The translations under genes were made by a program, and so were the position numbers. A stretch of 64,000 nt of DNA from an uncultured Candidatus Saccharibacteria bacterium (GTDB lineage Bacteria; Patescibacteriota; Minisyncoccia; Phycocordibacterales; UBA9973): the NCBI GenBank assembly GCA_964474435.1, contig CAYYSI010000001.1, positions 270,835 through 334,834 of the forward strand, written 5' to 3'. The number at the start of each line of letters is the position of its first letter. Positions within the stretch are counted from its first letter, which is position 1. Below are positions 19,803 through 29,602 of the stretch, piece by piece. The notes beneath the pieces are model-generated. The model did no database searches. It saw only the letters and a program-made list of their open reading frames with translations, and had not been told where the DNA came from.

Positions 19803-21767
19803 TTATTCTAAAATCTTTTTGAGGTCATCAGAAGAAATCTCTTGAATTTCCGGCGAAGGAGTAGGCACTGGAATTTCTGCAGGGCTTTCCGGCTTTGGAA
19901 TTGGTGGTGTTGGAGTTACAGGTTTTGTAGCTGACGCTGTATCACCCATGGCCTTTTGTAATGCCATTTTTAATATGTCGCGATTTTTCTCTGTGGGACC
20001 ACGCTCGGCATGTTTGACGGGCAACACTGTTTCGCGAAGTGGTTTCTCATCAGTAAACGGCGCGCCACCCTTTTCATGGATTGTTGCAGTGAGCGTCTCG
20101 GTTTTCTTTTCGACAATGATGTCTTTGGTTGGTGAACCATCGATCGCATCAAGCAAATGCTTGAGTTCAGACGATGCGGCAATTGGCTTTTCTGGTACTG
20201 CGTGTACTTGCACTGGAGTTTCAGTTGGGGCTGATTCTGTCGCAACCTTTTTGATCAATGCCTTTGCAAAGGGTTTGTGCATAGGTGCGGGATCCTTTGG
20301 TTTGAACATACGTGGAAGAATACCCTGCGCAGGAGAAGCAGTGTTTGGAGCTGATATTTTGGGTGGATTGTATGGAGCCGATGCACCAGGCTTTGTAGGA
20401 CTGGATTGGTATGCTCGATTGGGGTCTTCCCACTTCTTTTTAACTTTTTCTTCGGGTACGTCATTTGGATCCGGTGCAAACCAGTCAGCGATATTTTTCT
20501 CAACAGTTTCTTTGGGATTGGCATAGGCTGCGCGCGATGCTTCGATCGCATCGTTGCGGAATGTAATCGCAGGACGTGCAAGTGGTGGCAATGTCTTTGC
20601 AGAAAATGGCTGGGAGCCGATATCATTGATCATGAGCGACAGATAGATCTCTGCCATACCGAGGTTGATGATGTCGTTTGCGGTAAACTGTGGTGCAAAC
20701 ACTTTTTCAAGAAGCTCTGCATCAAGCGGCCCTACACGGAAACTCACTGTCGTCCCCACGTTGCCAAACACGGCATCACGCACCTTTTCTTCCATTTGTG
20801 CGACGTACTGGTGTGCAATGATGAGCGCGAGTTTGTATTTGCGCGCCTCTGCCAAAATGTCAGCAAATGTTTCGTTTGCAAATGATTGGAATTCGTCGAC
20901 ATAGAAATAAAAGTTTGAAAGTCCGCCCATTTGGTTTTGAGAGAGCTCTGCGCGACTCATTGCGGCAAGGTAGATCTTGGTGATGATCATTGATCCAAGG
21001 AGTGAAGTGTTGGTGTCCCCAATGCGTCCTTTGGAAAGGTTGATGATGAGGATCTTTTGTTCGTCCATCACCTTGCGAATATCAAAGGTGGACTTGGATT
21101 GGCCAATGATGTTGCGTACAAGTGGGTTTGCGGTGAATTGTCCGATCTTGTTTTGGATCGCAGGTACGGCTTCTGCGGCCATACGTTCGGTATAGTTTGC
21201 AAATTCTTCGGTCCAAAATGCTTTGACTGCAGCGTCAGTGATGTTGTCCACCACTTTTTTGCGGAAATTCTTTTCAGAAAGCATGCGGTTTACTCCAAGC
21301 AATGTCGCACCTGGGTACTCAAGAAGTGCCAAAAGTGTGTTCGTGAGGATGTACTCCATTCGAGCAGACCATGCATCAACCCAAATCTTCTTGAATGTAC
21401 TCATAAGTCCAGAGACCACGAGGTGGCGACGATCAGGACCGACGTCTTCGAGGACGTTGAATGAAATAGGATTCTCTGTATCAAACGGCGCAAAGTACAC
21501 GACGTCCTTGATACGATGCTCCGGGATGTACTCAAGCATCTTTTCGGCAAATGAGCCGTGTGGATCGAGTACTGCCACACCTTCACCGTGGTTGATGTCC
21601 TGGATCGCCATGTTTTCAAGCAAGGTAGATTTACCAACACCTGATTTACCGATCACGTACATGTGTCGTGTGCGGTCGCGGCTTTTGATACCAAACTTGA
21701 TGCGTTGTCCACGCGCATCAGTCTCTGCGAAATACGTAATGTGCTCGGGATCGTATGGAACGGTCAT
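19803..21767 (-). CDS. P-loop ATPase of the TraD/VirD4/TrwB type-IV-coupling-protein family (no TM helices) with a long Pro/Thr-rich disordered C-terminal tail
   Basis: HMYVIGKSGVGKSTLL...VAVLDPHGSF is a TrwB-like Walker A / DPxG block. There is also a hhhhDE Walker B (FYFYVDEFQ) and IIAHQ. The last ~230 aa are low-complexity P/T/A/K-rich. Confidence 0.5.
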   Translation of the reverse strand: MTVPYDPEHITYFAETDARGQRIKFGIKSRDRTRHMYVIGKSGVGKSTLLENMAIQDINHGEGVAVLDPHGSFAEKMLEYIPEHRIKDVVYFAPFDTENPISFNVLEDVGPDRRHLVVSGLMSTFKKIWVDAWSARMEYILTNTLLALLEYPGATLLGVNRMLSEKNFRKKVVDNITDAAVKAFWTEEFANYTERMAAEAVPAIQNKIGQFTANPLVRNIIGQSKSTFDIRKVMDEQKILIINLSKGRIGDTNTSLLGSMIITKIYLAAMSRAELSQNQMGGLSNFYFYVDEFQSFANETFADILAEARKYKLALIIAHQYVAQMEEKVRDAVFGNVGTTVSFRVGPLDAELLEKVFAPQFTANDIINLGMAEIYLSLMINDIGSQPFSAKTLPPLARPAITFRNDAIEASRAAYANPKETVEKNIADWFAPDPNDVPEEKVKKKWEDPNRAYQSSPTKPGASAPYNPPKISAPNTASPAQGILPRMFKPKDPAPMHKPFAKALIKKVATESAPTETPVQVHAVPEKPIAASSELKHLLDAIDGSPTKDIIVEKKTETLTATIHEKGGAPFTDEKPLRETVLPVKHAERGPTEKNRDILKMALQKAMGDTASATKPVTPTPPIPKPESPAEIPVPTPSPEIQEISSDDLKKILE

Positions 21768-21869
21768 AGGTATCTGTAGTATAGCAGTAATATTTTTAAT
21801 TTACCCAATAGGAGAAACGCATCATTTGACATTTTATACATTTAATAGTATTTTACTTAAAAAATTATC

Positions 21870-22316
21870 ATGAAAAAAAATAAAATATGGGAAAATGCTC
21901 GGTTGTTCGTAGAAAAGGCGTCGGACAAACTCGGAACAGGTATTGATGAAAATATTAAGGATCTAACAATTACGATGAGGGCATTCGGTTTTAATACCTC
22001 ACAATCTTGTGAAGGACATATTGATCATGGTTACCCTTATCCTTGGATTGAAATACGAAACGAAGATCCCGATAAAAGTCTCTTGGAAGAACTACGTATG
22101 ACGAACTTTGTCGAGGAATTTTATGAAAAAAGAATTTCATATAAGTATGCCCGCATCGTAGTCTTTCACTACAAAAATAGATTTCGGGTTCAGACATACG
22201 TAAAAGAAGCATTCCAAAAGATTGCAAATTCTGAGGATTATAATCTTTTCAAAGAAAATTGCTCACGTGAAATGAAAGATTTTGCGGAGTTCTTAAGAGT
22301 AAAATTCTGGAATTAA
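21870..22316 (+). CDS. Hypothetical protein (148 aa) in an AT-rich block
   Basis: ORF ending in a terminator. No family recognised. Confidence 0.4.
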   Translation: MKKNKIWENARLFVEKASDKLGTGIDENIKDLTITMRAFGFNTSQSCEGHIDHGYPYPWIEIRNEDPDKSLLEELRMTNFVEEFYEKRISYKYARIVVFHYKNRFRVQTYVKEAFQKIANSEDYNLFKENCSREMKDFAEFLRVKFWN

Positions 22317-22319
22317 AAG

Positions 22320-22350
22320 AAGCCGCTCAATGAGCGGCTTTGTTTTTGGA
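22320..22350 (+). terminator. Rho-independent terminator (AAGCCGCTCA-ATG-AGCGGCTT + TGTTTTTGG)
   Basis: A stem followed by a T-run, seen directly in the sequence. Confidence 0.55.
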
Positions 22351-22360
22351 ATTTTTTACC

Positions 22361-23041
22361 TTAATTAACACGAGGGACATTTTTATCAGCTCTTTTTTTA
22401 CGAAGTGTTTTGATAACCTTTCCTTCACTTTTTGCTTTTTCCATTCTTTTTGTAAATGGTTCAAACATATTATTGAGAAAGAGCTTTGTCTTATCACTAA
22501 CTGGAATGTCGAGAAAATATATTTCCTCTCTTCTGTTTCGGTGAATATGTCCACGCTTTTTTGTCTTACATGTAAACTTTCGTACATGCATAACACCCGG
22601 AATTATTTCAAATCCCATAAAATGATCACAGTCAGGATCAATGGGCCAATGATCAACCATGTCTTTGAAAGCTCGTGCGCACTCCTTGATTTTGTTTGGA
22701 AACCCTTCAGTAAACAAGATGTCTGGTGAACTCAGGTATGTACCTGATGATATATGCTCAAGTCGAGCATATGCCCATTTCGTCTCATCGACGCGACCAG
22801 TTGCTCCGCTGACATTAAGAAATATCCGAGCACGTACTGTTTGGTTCCTGTACGTTCGCTCACATACATATTGAATCTTAAATCCGGATCTCCCACGTTT
22901 TTGTGGAGTTGTTGAAATGTCGTTTTTCGACTTCATTTCTTCAACGATTTCCTCGATATTTAATCGACGCCACGTCATTGATTCTAATTCATCAAAAATG
23001 TTTTTCCATACCCAATCTGTTGGTAATACTTTGTACGCCAT
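22361..23041 (-). CDS. Hypothetical protein (226 aa) in an AT-rich block
   Basis: ORF-track ORF with no family recognised. Confidence 0.4.
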   Translation of the reverse strand: MAYKVLPTDWVWKNIFDELESMTWRRLNIEEIVEEMKSKNDISTTPQKRGRSGFKIQYVCERTYRNQTVRARIFLNVSGATGRVDETKWAYARLEHISSGTYLSSPDILFTEGFPNKIKECARAFKDMVDHWPIDPDCDHFMGFEIIPGVMHVRKFTCKTKKRGHIHRNRREEIYFLDIPVSDKTKLFLNNMFEPFTKRMEKAKSEGKVIKTLRKKRADKNVPRVN

Positions 23042-23106
23042 AATTCCCTCCTTTTGTTTTATTGTTTAAGAATCTATTTCTTTCCCACAATACCACAAAT
23101 CACACA

Positions 23107-23140
23107 AAAAGAAAGACCGCTTGCGCGGTCATCTTTTTGA
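23107..23140 (-). terminator. Terminator hairpin (GACCGC-TTGC-GCGGTC) with a T-run on the minus strand, 3' of the helicase gene
   Basis: Seen directly in the sequence. Confidence 0.45.
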
Positions 23141-23246
23141 AACTATTTTGCTGCTTTTTTTGGTTTCTTTACTTCTTTTCGTTGTCTATTGTCTCCTTTT
23201 CCCATAGTGTTGTTGATTATACTTGTATGTAGATAGTATACGTCGC

Positions 23247-24929
23247 TTATTCTTTTGCTTCAAGTACCATCATCATACGCGCAATGCGAATCTCATCATA
23301 CGAATACCTGTCTCCGAGCGCTTCGCGTATCGGCGCGAGCTTGGTCGTGTCGGCAGATTGAAATGCGCGTTTGATCTCTGGGTACCCTTTGCGGATCTTG
23401 TCCGTGATCAGATAGTCGATGTCATCATATGAGAGACGACCGTTCATGACGAGCTTTTCTAGATGGCCAAATATTGTCACTGGTACGAGGCCGCGCTCTT
23501 TGCCGATCACACTAATCGGTTTACCTTGGAGGACGAGCATGAGAGTGGTTTCAAGTGTGTCGCCTTTTTCCTTCTTCACCTTTGGAGATTTTTTGGTCAC
23601 CGTGCCGCCATTGGCCAAGATGAAGTTGTGATGCATTGTTTCAATGTCGTCTGCACGCATATCACCGAATGTCAGTGCTGCAGACTCTGACTGCTGCGCA
23701 AACTTTCCATCGACTTCGAGAATACGCGGGTGGACCTGGAATGTTCGCTGGTTCCACCCAAGCAAGTGCAGGCCATCAAGTGTGCGCACACGAGAGAGCG
23801 CCACGTACCCTTGTCCGTATTCAAATACTTCGCGCAAGTCCATCACTGCGGCGTCCATACTCATCCCCTGACTTTTGTGGATCGTTATCGCCCACGCGAG
23901 CCTCAGTGGGATTTGTTGGATCATTGCCTTTTGTTTCCCATTTTCCTCCACGACCCATTCAGTCGGCTCGACAACAATACGCTCGCCTTTGTGCGTCTCG
24001 ATGATCGGATACTTCGTCCCCTGTTCAAATCCAGTGACCGTTCCGAGTGTGCCGTTCACATATCCTTTTTGACTATTATTTTTTGTACACATGACAATTG
24101 CGCCAACCTTGAGGACAAGTCGTTCTGGTGAAAGGCATCCCTTTTGCAAACTTGCAACCAGACTGTCCTTGCCTTTAGTCTGCATTGAAAAAATGTTCGG
24201 AAGTGTGGTGAGTTTTTCGAGCTCACGCGTATTGATATCGTCGACGTCGACGTTGTGTGCAAAGAGCCGTGTCACACTACTTTCGTGATCGAGTGCGTGC
24301 TCGGCAGATATCTGTCTCTTTTGCAAATGATCATGATGCATCTGGTCATATTCATTTTTGCGAATGGCAGAAAGGATGGAGAGGAAGTTGGTATCGCTTT
24401 GACGGTGTTGTTCAGTCAGGTAGCACATCACCGGTCGCATCCGTTTCCATGCGTCTGACTCAAATGCAAACTGCGCCTGATCTCCTCCTTTGGTGACTGG
24501 CGGAAGTTGAAAGAAATCTCCGACAAGTATCACCTGCATGCCACCAAATGCTTCGTCGCTATGTCGCACCTCGCGACAAACCATGTCGACCATATCGAGC
24601 GTGCGTGCATCGATCATCGATACTTCATCGAGTATCAACACTTTGGTACCTTGAATACGGCGTACGAGATATTCAGTTGTTGTGATGTGATCAAGGTCGT
24701 ATGGTGCAAGACTTCGTCTGATACCAATACCGCTCCATGAGTGGATCGTCTGTCCATGAATGTGTGTTGCTGCAATACCTGTCGATGCGGTGATCGCAGG
24801 CTCGATGCCATGCTCGCGCAGGTATGCGACGTACTGATTGATGGTATGCGTTTTGCCCGCGCCTGGCTCTCCGGTGAGGAACACATTTGCTCCCGTTTTG
24901 AGTATGGTGAGTGCTTCGGCTTGGGTCAT
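23247..24929 (-). CDS. Pif1/RecD-family ATP-dependent DNA helicase
   Basis: Walker A is FLTGEPGAGKTHTI and Walker B is VLILDEVSMID. The motifs VILVGDFFQLPPV and LAWAITIHKSQGMSMD are present, with a ~150-aa C-terminal extension. The start is at MTQAEAL; the upstream ORF extension is not coding. Confidence 0.7.
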   Translation of the reverse strand: MTQAEALTILKTGANVFLTGEPGAGKTHTINQYVAYLREHGIEPAITASTGIAATHIHGQTIHSWSGIGIRRSLAPYDLDHITTTEYLVRRIQGTKVLILDEVSMIDARTLDMVDMVCREVRHSDEAFGGMQVILVGDFFQLPPVTKGGDQAQFAFESDAWKRMRPVMCYLTEQHRQSDTNFLSILSAIRKNEYDQMHHDHLQKRQISAEHALDHESSVTRLFAHNVDVDDINTRELEKLTTLPNIFSMQTKGKDSLVASLQKGCLSPERLVLKVGAIVMCTKNNSQKGYVNGTLGTVTGFEQGTKYPIIETHKGERIVVEPTEWVVEENGKQKAMIQQIPLRLAWAITIHKSQGMSMDAAVMDLREVFEYGQGYVALSRVRTLDGLHLLGWNQRTFQVHPRILEVDGKFAQQSESAALTFGDMRADDIETMHHNFILANGGTVTKKSPKVKKEKGDTLETTLMLVLQGKPISVIGKERGLVPVTIFGHLEKLVMNGRLSYDDIDYLITDKIRKGYPEIKRAFQSADTTKLAPIREALGDRYSYDEIRIARMMMVLEAKE

Positions 24930-24995
24930 AGGTGAAGCATATTTTACTACAAATGAGAGGTATACGTGAATATATAAAAAAGGTAGAATGCATGT

Positions 24996-25940
24996 ATGAA
25001 ATCTCGCAAACACAAAAAAAGCGCAACAATCATCCTCGTATGCGTGTTTGCAGTCGGCATTGGACTCTTTGTGCTCTATAGAAACAAGGCGAGTATTCCG
25101 ACGAATCCCGCACAAGCAACGATCCCTACACCAGATACCGTCCCAACATCCGTCACTGAGCCACTTACGCCTTCGACCTCGATTCCGACCTATCACGTAC
25201 TCACAACGACGACGAGTACTCCGGGGGCTGAGCTCGCCAAAGAAGTTGGTATGAAAAATGTCCCGTTTACACTCGCGCTTAACCGCCTCGATGTAAAACA
25301 CATCCCACAAGATGCCAAGCTCATCATTCCTGATTCATTTGCAGACACCGACATCTATGCTCCATTTCCTGAAACCATTTCCTCGGCACAAGATATTCCA
25401 AAATTATTTATTGTCTCAAAACGCGTCCAAGCATTTGCTGCATACGAGAACGGCAAGCGCGTACGCTGGGGCACAGTCAGTACTGGAAAAAGTACGACTC
25501 CAACTCCCAGCCGCCTCTATGCAACCAACTGGAAAGGTAAACTTGTGACGAGCACACTTGAGGACGCATATCAGTTGCCTTGGTATTTCAACCTCGACAG
25601 CCTCGAAGGTATCTCGATGCACCAGTTTGATCTCCCAGGCTATCCTGCAAGTCATTCATGCATTCGCCTCTCCGAAGAAGACGCGATGTGGATCTATGAA
25701 TGGGCAGAACAATGGGTGCTCGCCGCTGATGGACAAACAATGCTCGCAAACGGTACTCCAGTGATTATCTTTGGTGACTATGCCTATGGCAAAACTGCTC
25801 CTTGGAAAAAACTCGCCGAAGATCCGACTGCAACCACACTCTCTACTGATGAGTTACGCGACATTGTTGAGAAGTATCATACTGAAATACAAGAGCGAGC
25901 TGCAGAACGAGAAAAAGTATTACATCCATCTGCACAATAA
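24996..25940 (+). CDS. L,D-transpeptidase (YkuD domain), N-terminally anchored
   Basis: An N-terminal TM helix and a Pro/Thr linker are present. The catalytic motif is ISMHQFDLPGYPASHSCIRLSEEDAMWIYEW (H...SHGC). Confidence 0.7.
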   Translation: MKSRKHKKSATIILVCVFAVGIGLFVLYRNKASIPTNPAQATIPTPDTVPTSVTEPLTPSTSIPTYHVLTTTTSTPGAELAKEVGMKNVPFTLALNRLDVKHIPQDAKLIIPDSFADTDIYAPFPETISSAQDIPKLFIVSKRVQAFAAYENGKRVRWGTVSTGKSTTPTPSRLYATNWKGKLVTSTLEDAYQLPWYFNLDSLEGISMHQFDLPGYPASHSCIRLSEEDAMWIYEWAEQWVLAADGQTMLANGTPVIIFGDYAYGKTAPWKKLAEDPTATTLSTDELRDIVEKYHTEIQERAAEREKVLHPSAQ

Positions 25941-25942
25941 AA

Positions 25943-25975
25943 AATCCCGATATACTCGGGATTTTTTATTTATCT
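25943..25975. terminator. Bidirectional terminator (ATCCCGA-TATACT-TCGGGAT flanked by A6 and T6)
   Basis: Between the convergent L,D-transpeptidase gene and the DoxX gene. Confidence 0.6.
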
Positions 25976-25979
25976 ATAT

Positions 25980-26342
25980 TTACCCAATCGAGATCAAGAG
26001 GAGGAGTGCGCCGATGAGCGCGATGTTCTTGGTGAAGTTGATGCGTTCTGACATACGAGCCATCATGTCTGATTCCTTCCAAAACTTGTGCATGATGATG
26101 GTCGTTGGCACAAGCATGAGCACCACGAGACACATACCGAGGATTGCAAATTTGTTTGCAAGGATTGCGAGACCGCCGAGCGCAAGCATTGCACCACTAA
26201 TGATCACTGCTGCCTTTGCGAGTGGTACGCCTTTCATTTTGGCATAGCCTGCCATATGATTGACGTTTTTGAAGTGGTTGTAACCACTATAGACAAAGTA
26301 GCCACCAAGAAGAATTCGTCCGATTAAAAATATTACTTGCAT
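25980..26342 (-). CDS. DoxX-family membrane protein
   Basis: Four TM helices, with LLGGYFVYSGYNHF typical of DoxX. Confidence 0.6.
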   Translation of the reverse strand: MQVIFLIGRILLGGYFVYSGYNHFKNVNHMAGYAKMKGVPLAKAAVIISGAMLALGGLAILANKFAILGMCLVVLMLVPTTIIMHKFWKESDMMARMSERINFTKNIALIGALLLLISIG

Positions 26343-26387
26343 ACGATAAATGATGTAGTTATTTGCTAATACTCCTCAAGTATACAC

Positions 26388-26753
26388 TTATTGTGCCTTT
26401 GTGAAAGTATTGACGGTGACCTCTTTTGAAGTCGAATCATAGGTATAGCTGAGCGTGCCCTTGCCCGCAATGTGTCCATCTTCGTAGGAAATAGCTGCAG
26501 TATCCGTCTGTGGATCAACCACTACCTCTGTCGTGTAGAGTGTGCCACCAAGTACTGCTTCTTCGCCAACAAGTGCTGCGAGATCGGCATTCTTGATATA
26601 AAGCTCTACTGCAGCGACTTCGTCTGCGTCACTCACCGGAGATGTAGTATCTGCAGGAGATGTCGTCGTTGGTGCATTCGTTTTAACTAGTCCGACAACG
26701 AACCAGATAAGTACAAGTATGGCAAAGACGATAACAATTCGTTTTGTAGTCAT
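26388..26753 (-). CDS. Hypothetical secreted or anchored protein
   Basis: Signal-anchor MTTKRIVIVFAILVLIWFVVGLV. It is in an operon with the downstream DUF45 gene. Confidence 0.4.
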   Translation of the reverse strand: MTTKRIVIVFAILVLIWFVVGLVKTNAPTTTSPADTTSPVSDADEVAAVELYIKNADLAALVGEEAVLGGTLYTTEVVVDPQTDTAAISYEDGHIAGKGTLSYTYDSTSKEVTVNTFTKAQ

Positions 26754-26777
26754 ACACCAAGTATACACCCGACGCGA

Positions 26778-27161
26778 TCAATCAATATGTCGCATCGTTG
26801 TGCGAATACGCTCGTAGTCAGGTATTTGTTGCGCCACAAGGTCCCAGAAAGATTCTCCATGATTGAACTCCTGGAGATGGCAGAGCTCGTGTACGATGAG
26901 GTAGTCTTGGGACTCGGGTGGCAGAGTTATGATCTTCCAATTGAAGTTGAGGTTGCGATTGCTCGAACAGCTCCCCCACCGTGTGCGCTGATTTTTGATA
27001 AAGACTTTGTTGTATGAAAAGTTGTAAAACTGATTGAAATGCGCAAGTCTCGCATGTACAAGTGTGCGAGCTGCTTCGCGATCGATAGCATTCACCTTTC
27101 GTTTGTGATATCGCCGTTTAGGTGGTCGCGTACCAAAGAGTATTTTGAAAAACGTATGCAT
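26778..27161 (-). CDS. YgjP-like (DUF45 / WLM-like) zinc metallopeptidase
   Basis: HELCHLQEFNHGESFW carries HExxH and a C-terminal E/H. Confidence 0.6.
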   Translation of the reverse strand: MHTFFKILFGTRPPKRRYHKRKVNAIDREAARTLVHARLAHFNQFYNFSYNKVFIKNQRTRWGSCSSNRNLNFNWKIITLPPESQDYLIVHELCHLQEFNHGESFWDLVAQQIPDYERIRTTMRHID

Positions 27162-27209
27162 GAGCCCTTATCATAGCCAATATTCCCTCTGCCTGCTATG
27201 CTCTCTGGT

Positions 27210-27782
27210 ATGAATATCAAAAGTGCTACATTTGTCCGATCCGTCGTCGATGACAACAGCATGGTCGAGGATACTTTGCCACAAGTAGCCTTTATTGGGC
27301 GTTCCAACGTCGGCAAATCAAGCGTCATCAATGCACTGACTGAGAAACGTGACCTTGCTCGATCAAGTAGCGCACCAGGGCATACCAAGGAGCTCAATTT
27401 CTTTTTGATCAACAACAAGTTCTATCTCGTCGACCTCCCCGGCTATGGCTATGCCAAAGGTTCGCATGCAAACCAAGAAACACTTCGCAACCGCATCCTC
27501 TGGTACTTTGGCAGCAAAAACATCAAACAACACAAAGTCATCCTCATCATCGATGCCAAAGTTGGTCCAACACGAGATGATGAAGACATGCTCGAGTACC
27601 TCATGGAACAAAAGAAAGATGTCATCATCATTGCCAACAAAATAGATAAACTCAAAGCAAATGATGTAAAAAAGAGTCTTGCAAATATAACCAAGATCCT
27701 CGGTCCTCACACCCTCATCCCCTTTTCTGCTGAAAAGAAAGTTGGTATTGGATTGCTTGCCGAAGCGATTGAGCCCAGATAA
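27210..27782 (+). CDS. engB: Ribosome biogenesis GTP-binding protein EngB (YsxC/YihA)
   Basis: VAFIGRSNVGKSSVINAL (G1), DLPGYG (G3) and ANKIDK (G4). Confidence 0.8.
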   Translation: MNIKSATFVRSVVDDNSMVEDTLPQVAFIGRSNVGKSSVINALTEKRDLARSSSAPGHTKELNFFLINNKFYLVDLPGYGYAKGSHANQETLRNRILWYFGSKNIKQHKVILIIDAKVGPTRDDEDMLEYLMEQKKDVIIIANKIDKLKANDVKKSLANITKILGPHTLIPFSAEKKVGIGLLAEAIEPR

Positions 27783-27862
27783 ACCCAAAGTATGTTACAA
27801 ATTAGAAATAAGTAACTGTACTAGACCTTTACACACTTCCTCTAATATTATATAAATCTGAT

Positions 27863-28114
27863 ATGAGAAACAGCAGAATGGCGTACCCTATAACTTTTGC
27901 ATTAATCCTTTTTGCTCTCTGGGAGACAATCCCTGTTCTGTCAGCAAAGAAAAATTGGCAGGAACAACCCTACTTACTTATTCCTTCGATATTGATCTTA
28001 GTCTTCACGGGAATTATTATCTATGCATTTTTAAAACGTCTAAGACGGAAAGATTCCTCAGTCACTGGAAATACAAAAATAAGGATTAACAATGAACCTC
28101 TTTCAAAAGAGTAG
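27863..28114 (+). CDS. Hypothetical two-TM small protein
   Basis: ORF only. Confidence 0.3.
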   Translation: MRNSRMAYPITFALILFALWETIPVLSAKKNWQEQPYLLIPSILILVFTGIIIYAFLKRLRRKDSSVTGNTKIRINNEPLSKE

Positions 28115-28121
28115 CGTCTCG

Positions 28122-29357
28122 CTAAGCATTCATCCCCGCAACATACCCTGTCGTCCAACAGAGTTGGAGTGAGTAGCCGCCGGATGGACGTGTGATGTTC
28201 AGGAGATCACCAGTGACAAAGAGATTTGACATCTTTTTACTTCGCATAGTCTTGGTATCAATTTCCTCAAGTGTCACTCCCCCATCTGCAACAACTGCAC
28301 GGTCATAGCCCATGAGGTTCGTGATCGTGAGTGGCAACGCCTTTAATGCAATCACGATTTTTTTGCGGTCTTCTTTGCTCAAGCTATGCACCTTCGTTTC
28401 AAAATTAATTTCCTTTTCAAGCAATAATTGAATACCGGGCGCCATACCTTCGGGCACGATTGTTGCGAGCACATTTTTGAGCATTTTGTTTTTGCTTTGA
28501 TCAAGCGTCTTGATGATCTTGTCTTCAAGTGGTCCAAGGTCAGTGTCAGGATATGCATCGATCGTTGCAGTCACTTTTAACCCTTCTTGGAACATATCTG
28601 CAACCTTGCCCGCACTGTTGAGGATAAGTGGTCCGGAGAGGCCGAAGTGTGTAAAGAGAACCTTCCCAGTTTTGGTAAATGCCTTTTTGCCATCTGCAAA
28701 GAATGTGATCTTCATAAACGAAAGCGACGTACCCGAGAGTACCTTGGACCATGCTTCCTTTGTTGCCAGCGGCACGATCGTTGGCGTCGAAGCTTTCACA
28801 CTATGACCGAGATTGGTGAGCCATTTGAATCCGTCTCCCGTAGATCCTGTTTCTGGATGCGACATACCACCCGTCGATACGATATAAGACGTCGCCGTAT
28901 AGATATCTTTGCCGACTTGCACACCAGTGATCAGGTTATTTTCTGTCACAATCTTTTGCACTGCAGTATTGGTGAGTACGGTGCAGCCCCCCACACACCC
29001 CCTCATGACGTTGCACACATCTGGCGCGCGTTCGGTGTGTGGGAATGCGCGTTTGCGAGCTTGCACTACGAGCGGTAGTCCGCGTGACTCAAAAAATGCA
29101 AATGTATCCTTCACCCCAAATTGCGAAAATGCAGAATACAAGAAATGCTCGGCTTTGCCATAGTGTTTGAGTAGTGCACGCACGTCGTCTTCGGCATTGG
29201 TGACATTGCATCTGCCGCCACCAGTGATGTTGAGCTTCTGACCGAGTGCTTTATTTTTCTCAAGTATGAGTACTCGTTTGCCGCGTGCGCGAGCCGTGCC
29301 CGCAGCCATCATGCCACTTGCGCCACCTCCAATCACTATCACGTCGTAGTGTTCCAT
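28122..29357 (-). CDS. FAD-binding oxidoreductase of the HI0933/YhiN (aminoacetone-oxidase-like) family
   Basis: N-terminal dinucleotide-binding motif YDVIVIGGGASGMMAA, GGGRCNVTN, and GGMS..TGSTGDG fit the HI0933 family. Confidence 0.7.
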   Translation of the reverse strand: MEHYDVIVIGGGASGMMAAGTARARGKRVLILEKNKALGQKLNITGGGRCNVTNAEDDVRALLKHYGKAEHFLYSAFSQFGVKDTFAFFESRGLPLVVQARKRAFPHTERAPDVCNVMRGCVGGCTVLTNTAVQKIVTENNLITGVQVGKDIYTATSYIVSTGGMSHPETGSTGDGFKWLTNLGHSVKASTPTIVPLATKEAWSKVLSGTSLSFMKITFFADGKKAFTKTGKVLFTHFGLSGPLILNSAGKVADMFQEGLKVTATIDAYPDTDLGPLEDKIIKTLDQSKNKMLKNVLATIVPEGMAPGIQLLLEKEINFETKVHSLSKEDRKKIVIALKALPLTITNLMGYDRAVVADGGVTLEEIDTKTMRSKKMSNLFVTGDLLNITRPSGGYSLQLCWTTGYVAGMNA

Positions 29358-29447
29358 GTTCGCGATTGTACCAAACGTTTTCCCCTTTACCTATTGTCTA
29401 TATATTGGTATAATGAATTCCTATCAGATTAATATGAGATACATCGT

Positions 29448-29575
29448 ATGGAAGAAGATAACAAGTGTCCAAATTGCGGTGAAACGATGGTAGAAAAGGA
29501 TGGTGTTATGGTTTGCGAAAACTGCGAATCAAAAAAAGCAGCATCTGAAGCTCCTGCCGAAGAAGCAGCAATGTA
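29448..29575 (+). CDS. Small zinc-ribbon protein (42 aa, CPNCG...CENC)
   Basis: MEEDNKCPNCGETMVEKDGVMVCENCESKK... It is preceded by an extended -10 (TGGTATAAT) and followed by a strong terminator. It is below the ORF-track cutoff. Confidence 0.4.
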
Positions 29576-29602
29576 ATTGAGATAGACAAGGTTAACGATA
29601 AA

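Noticed and set aside
24930-25310. 127-codon N-terminal extension of the helicase ORF (MWDVFYIEAV...)
   Set aside because: The extension is Cys/Arg-rich and low-complexity. It overlaps the divergent L,D-transpeptidase gene and its promoter. The helicase Walker A sits at the expected distance from the internal Met (MTQAEAL).
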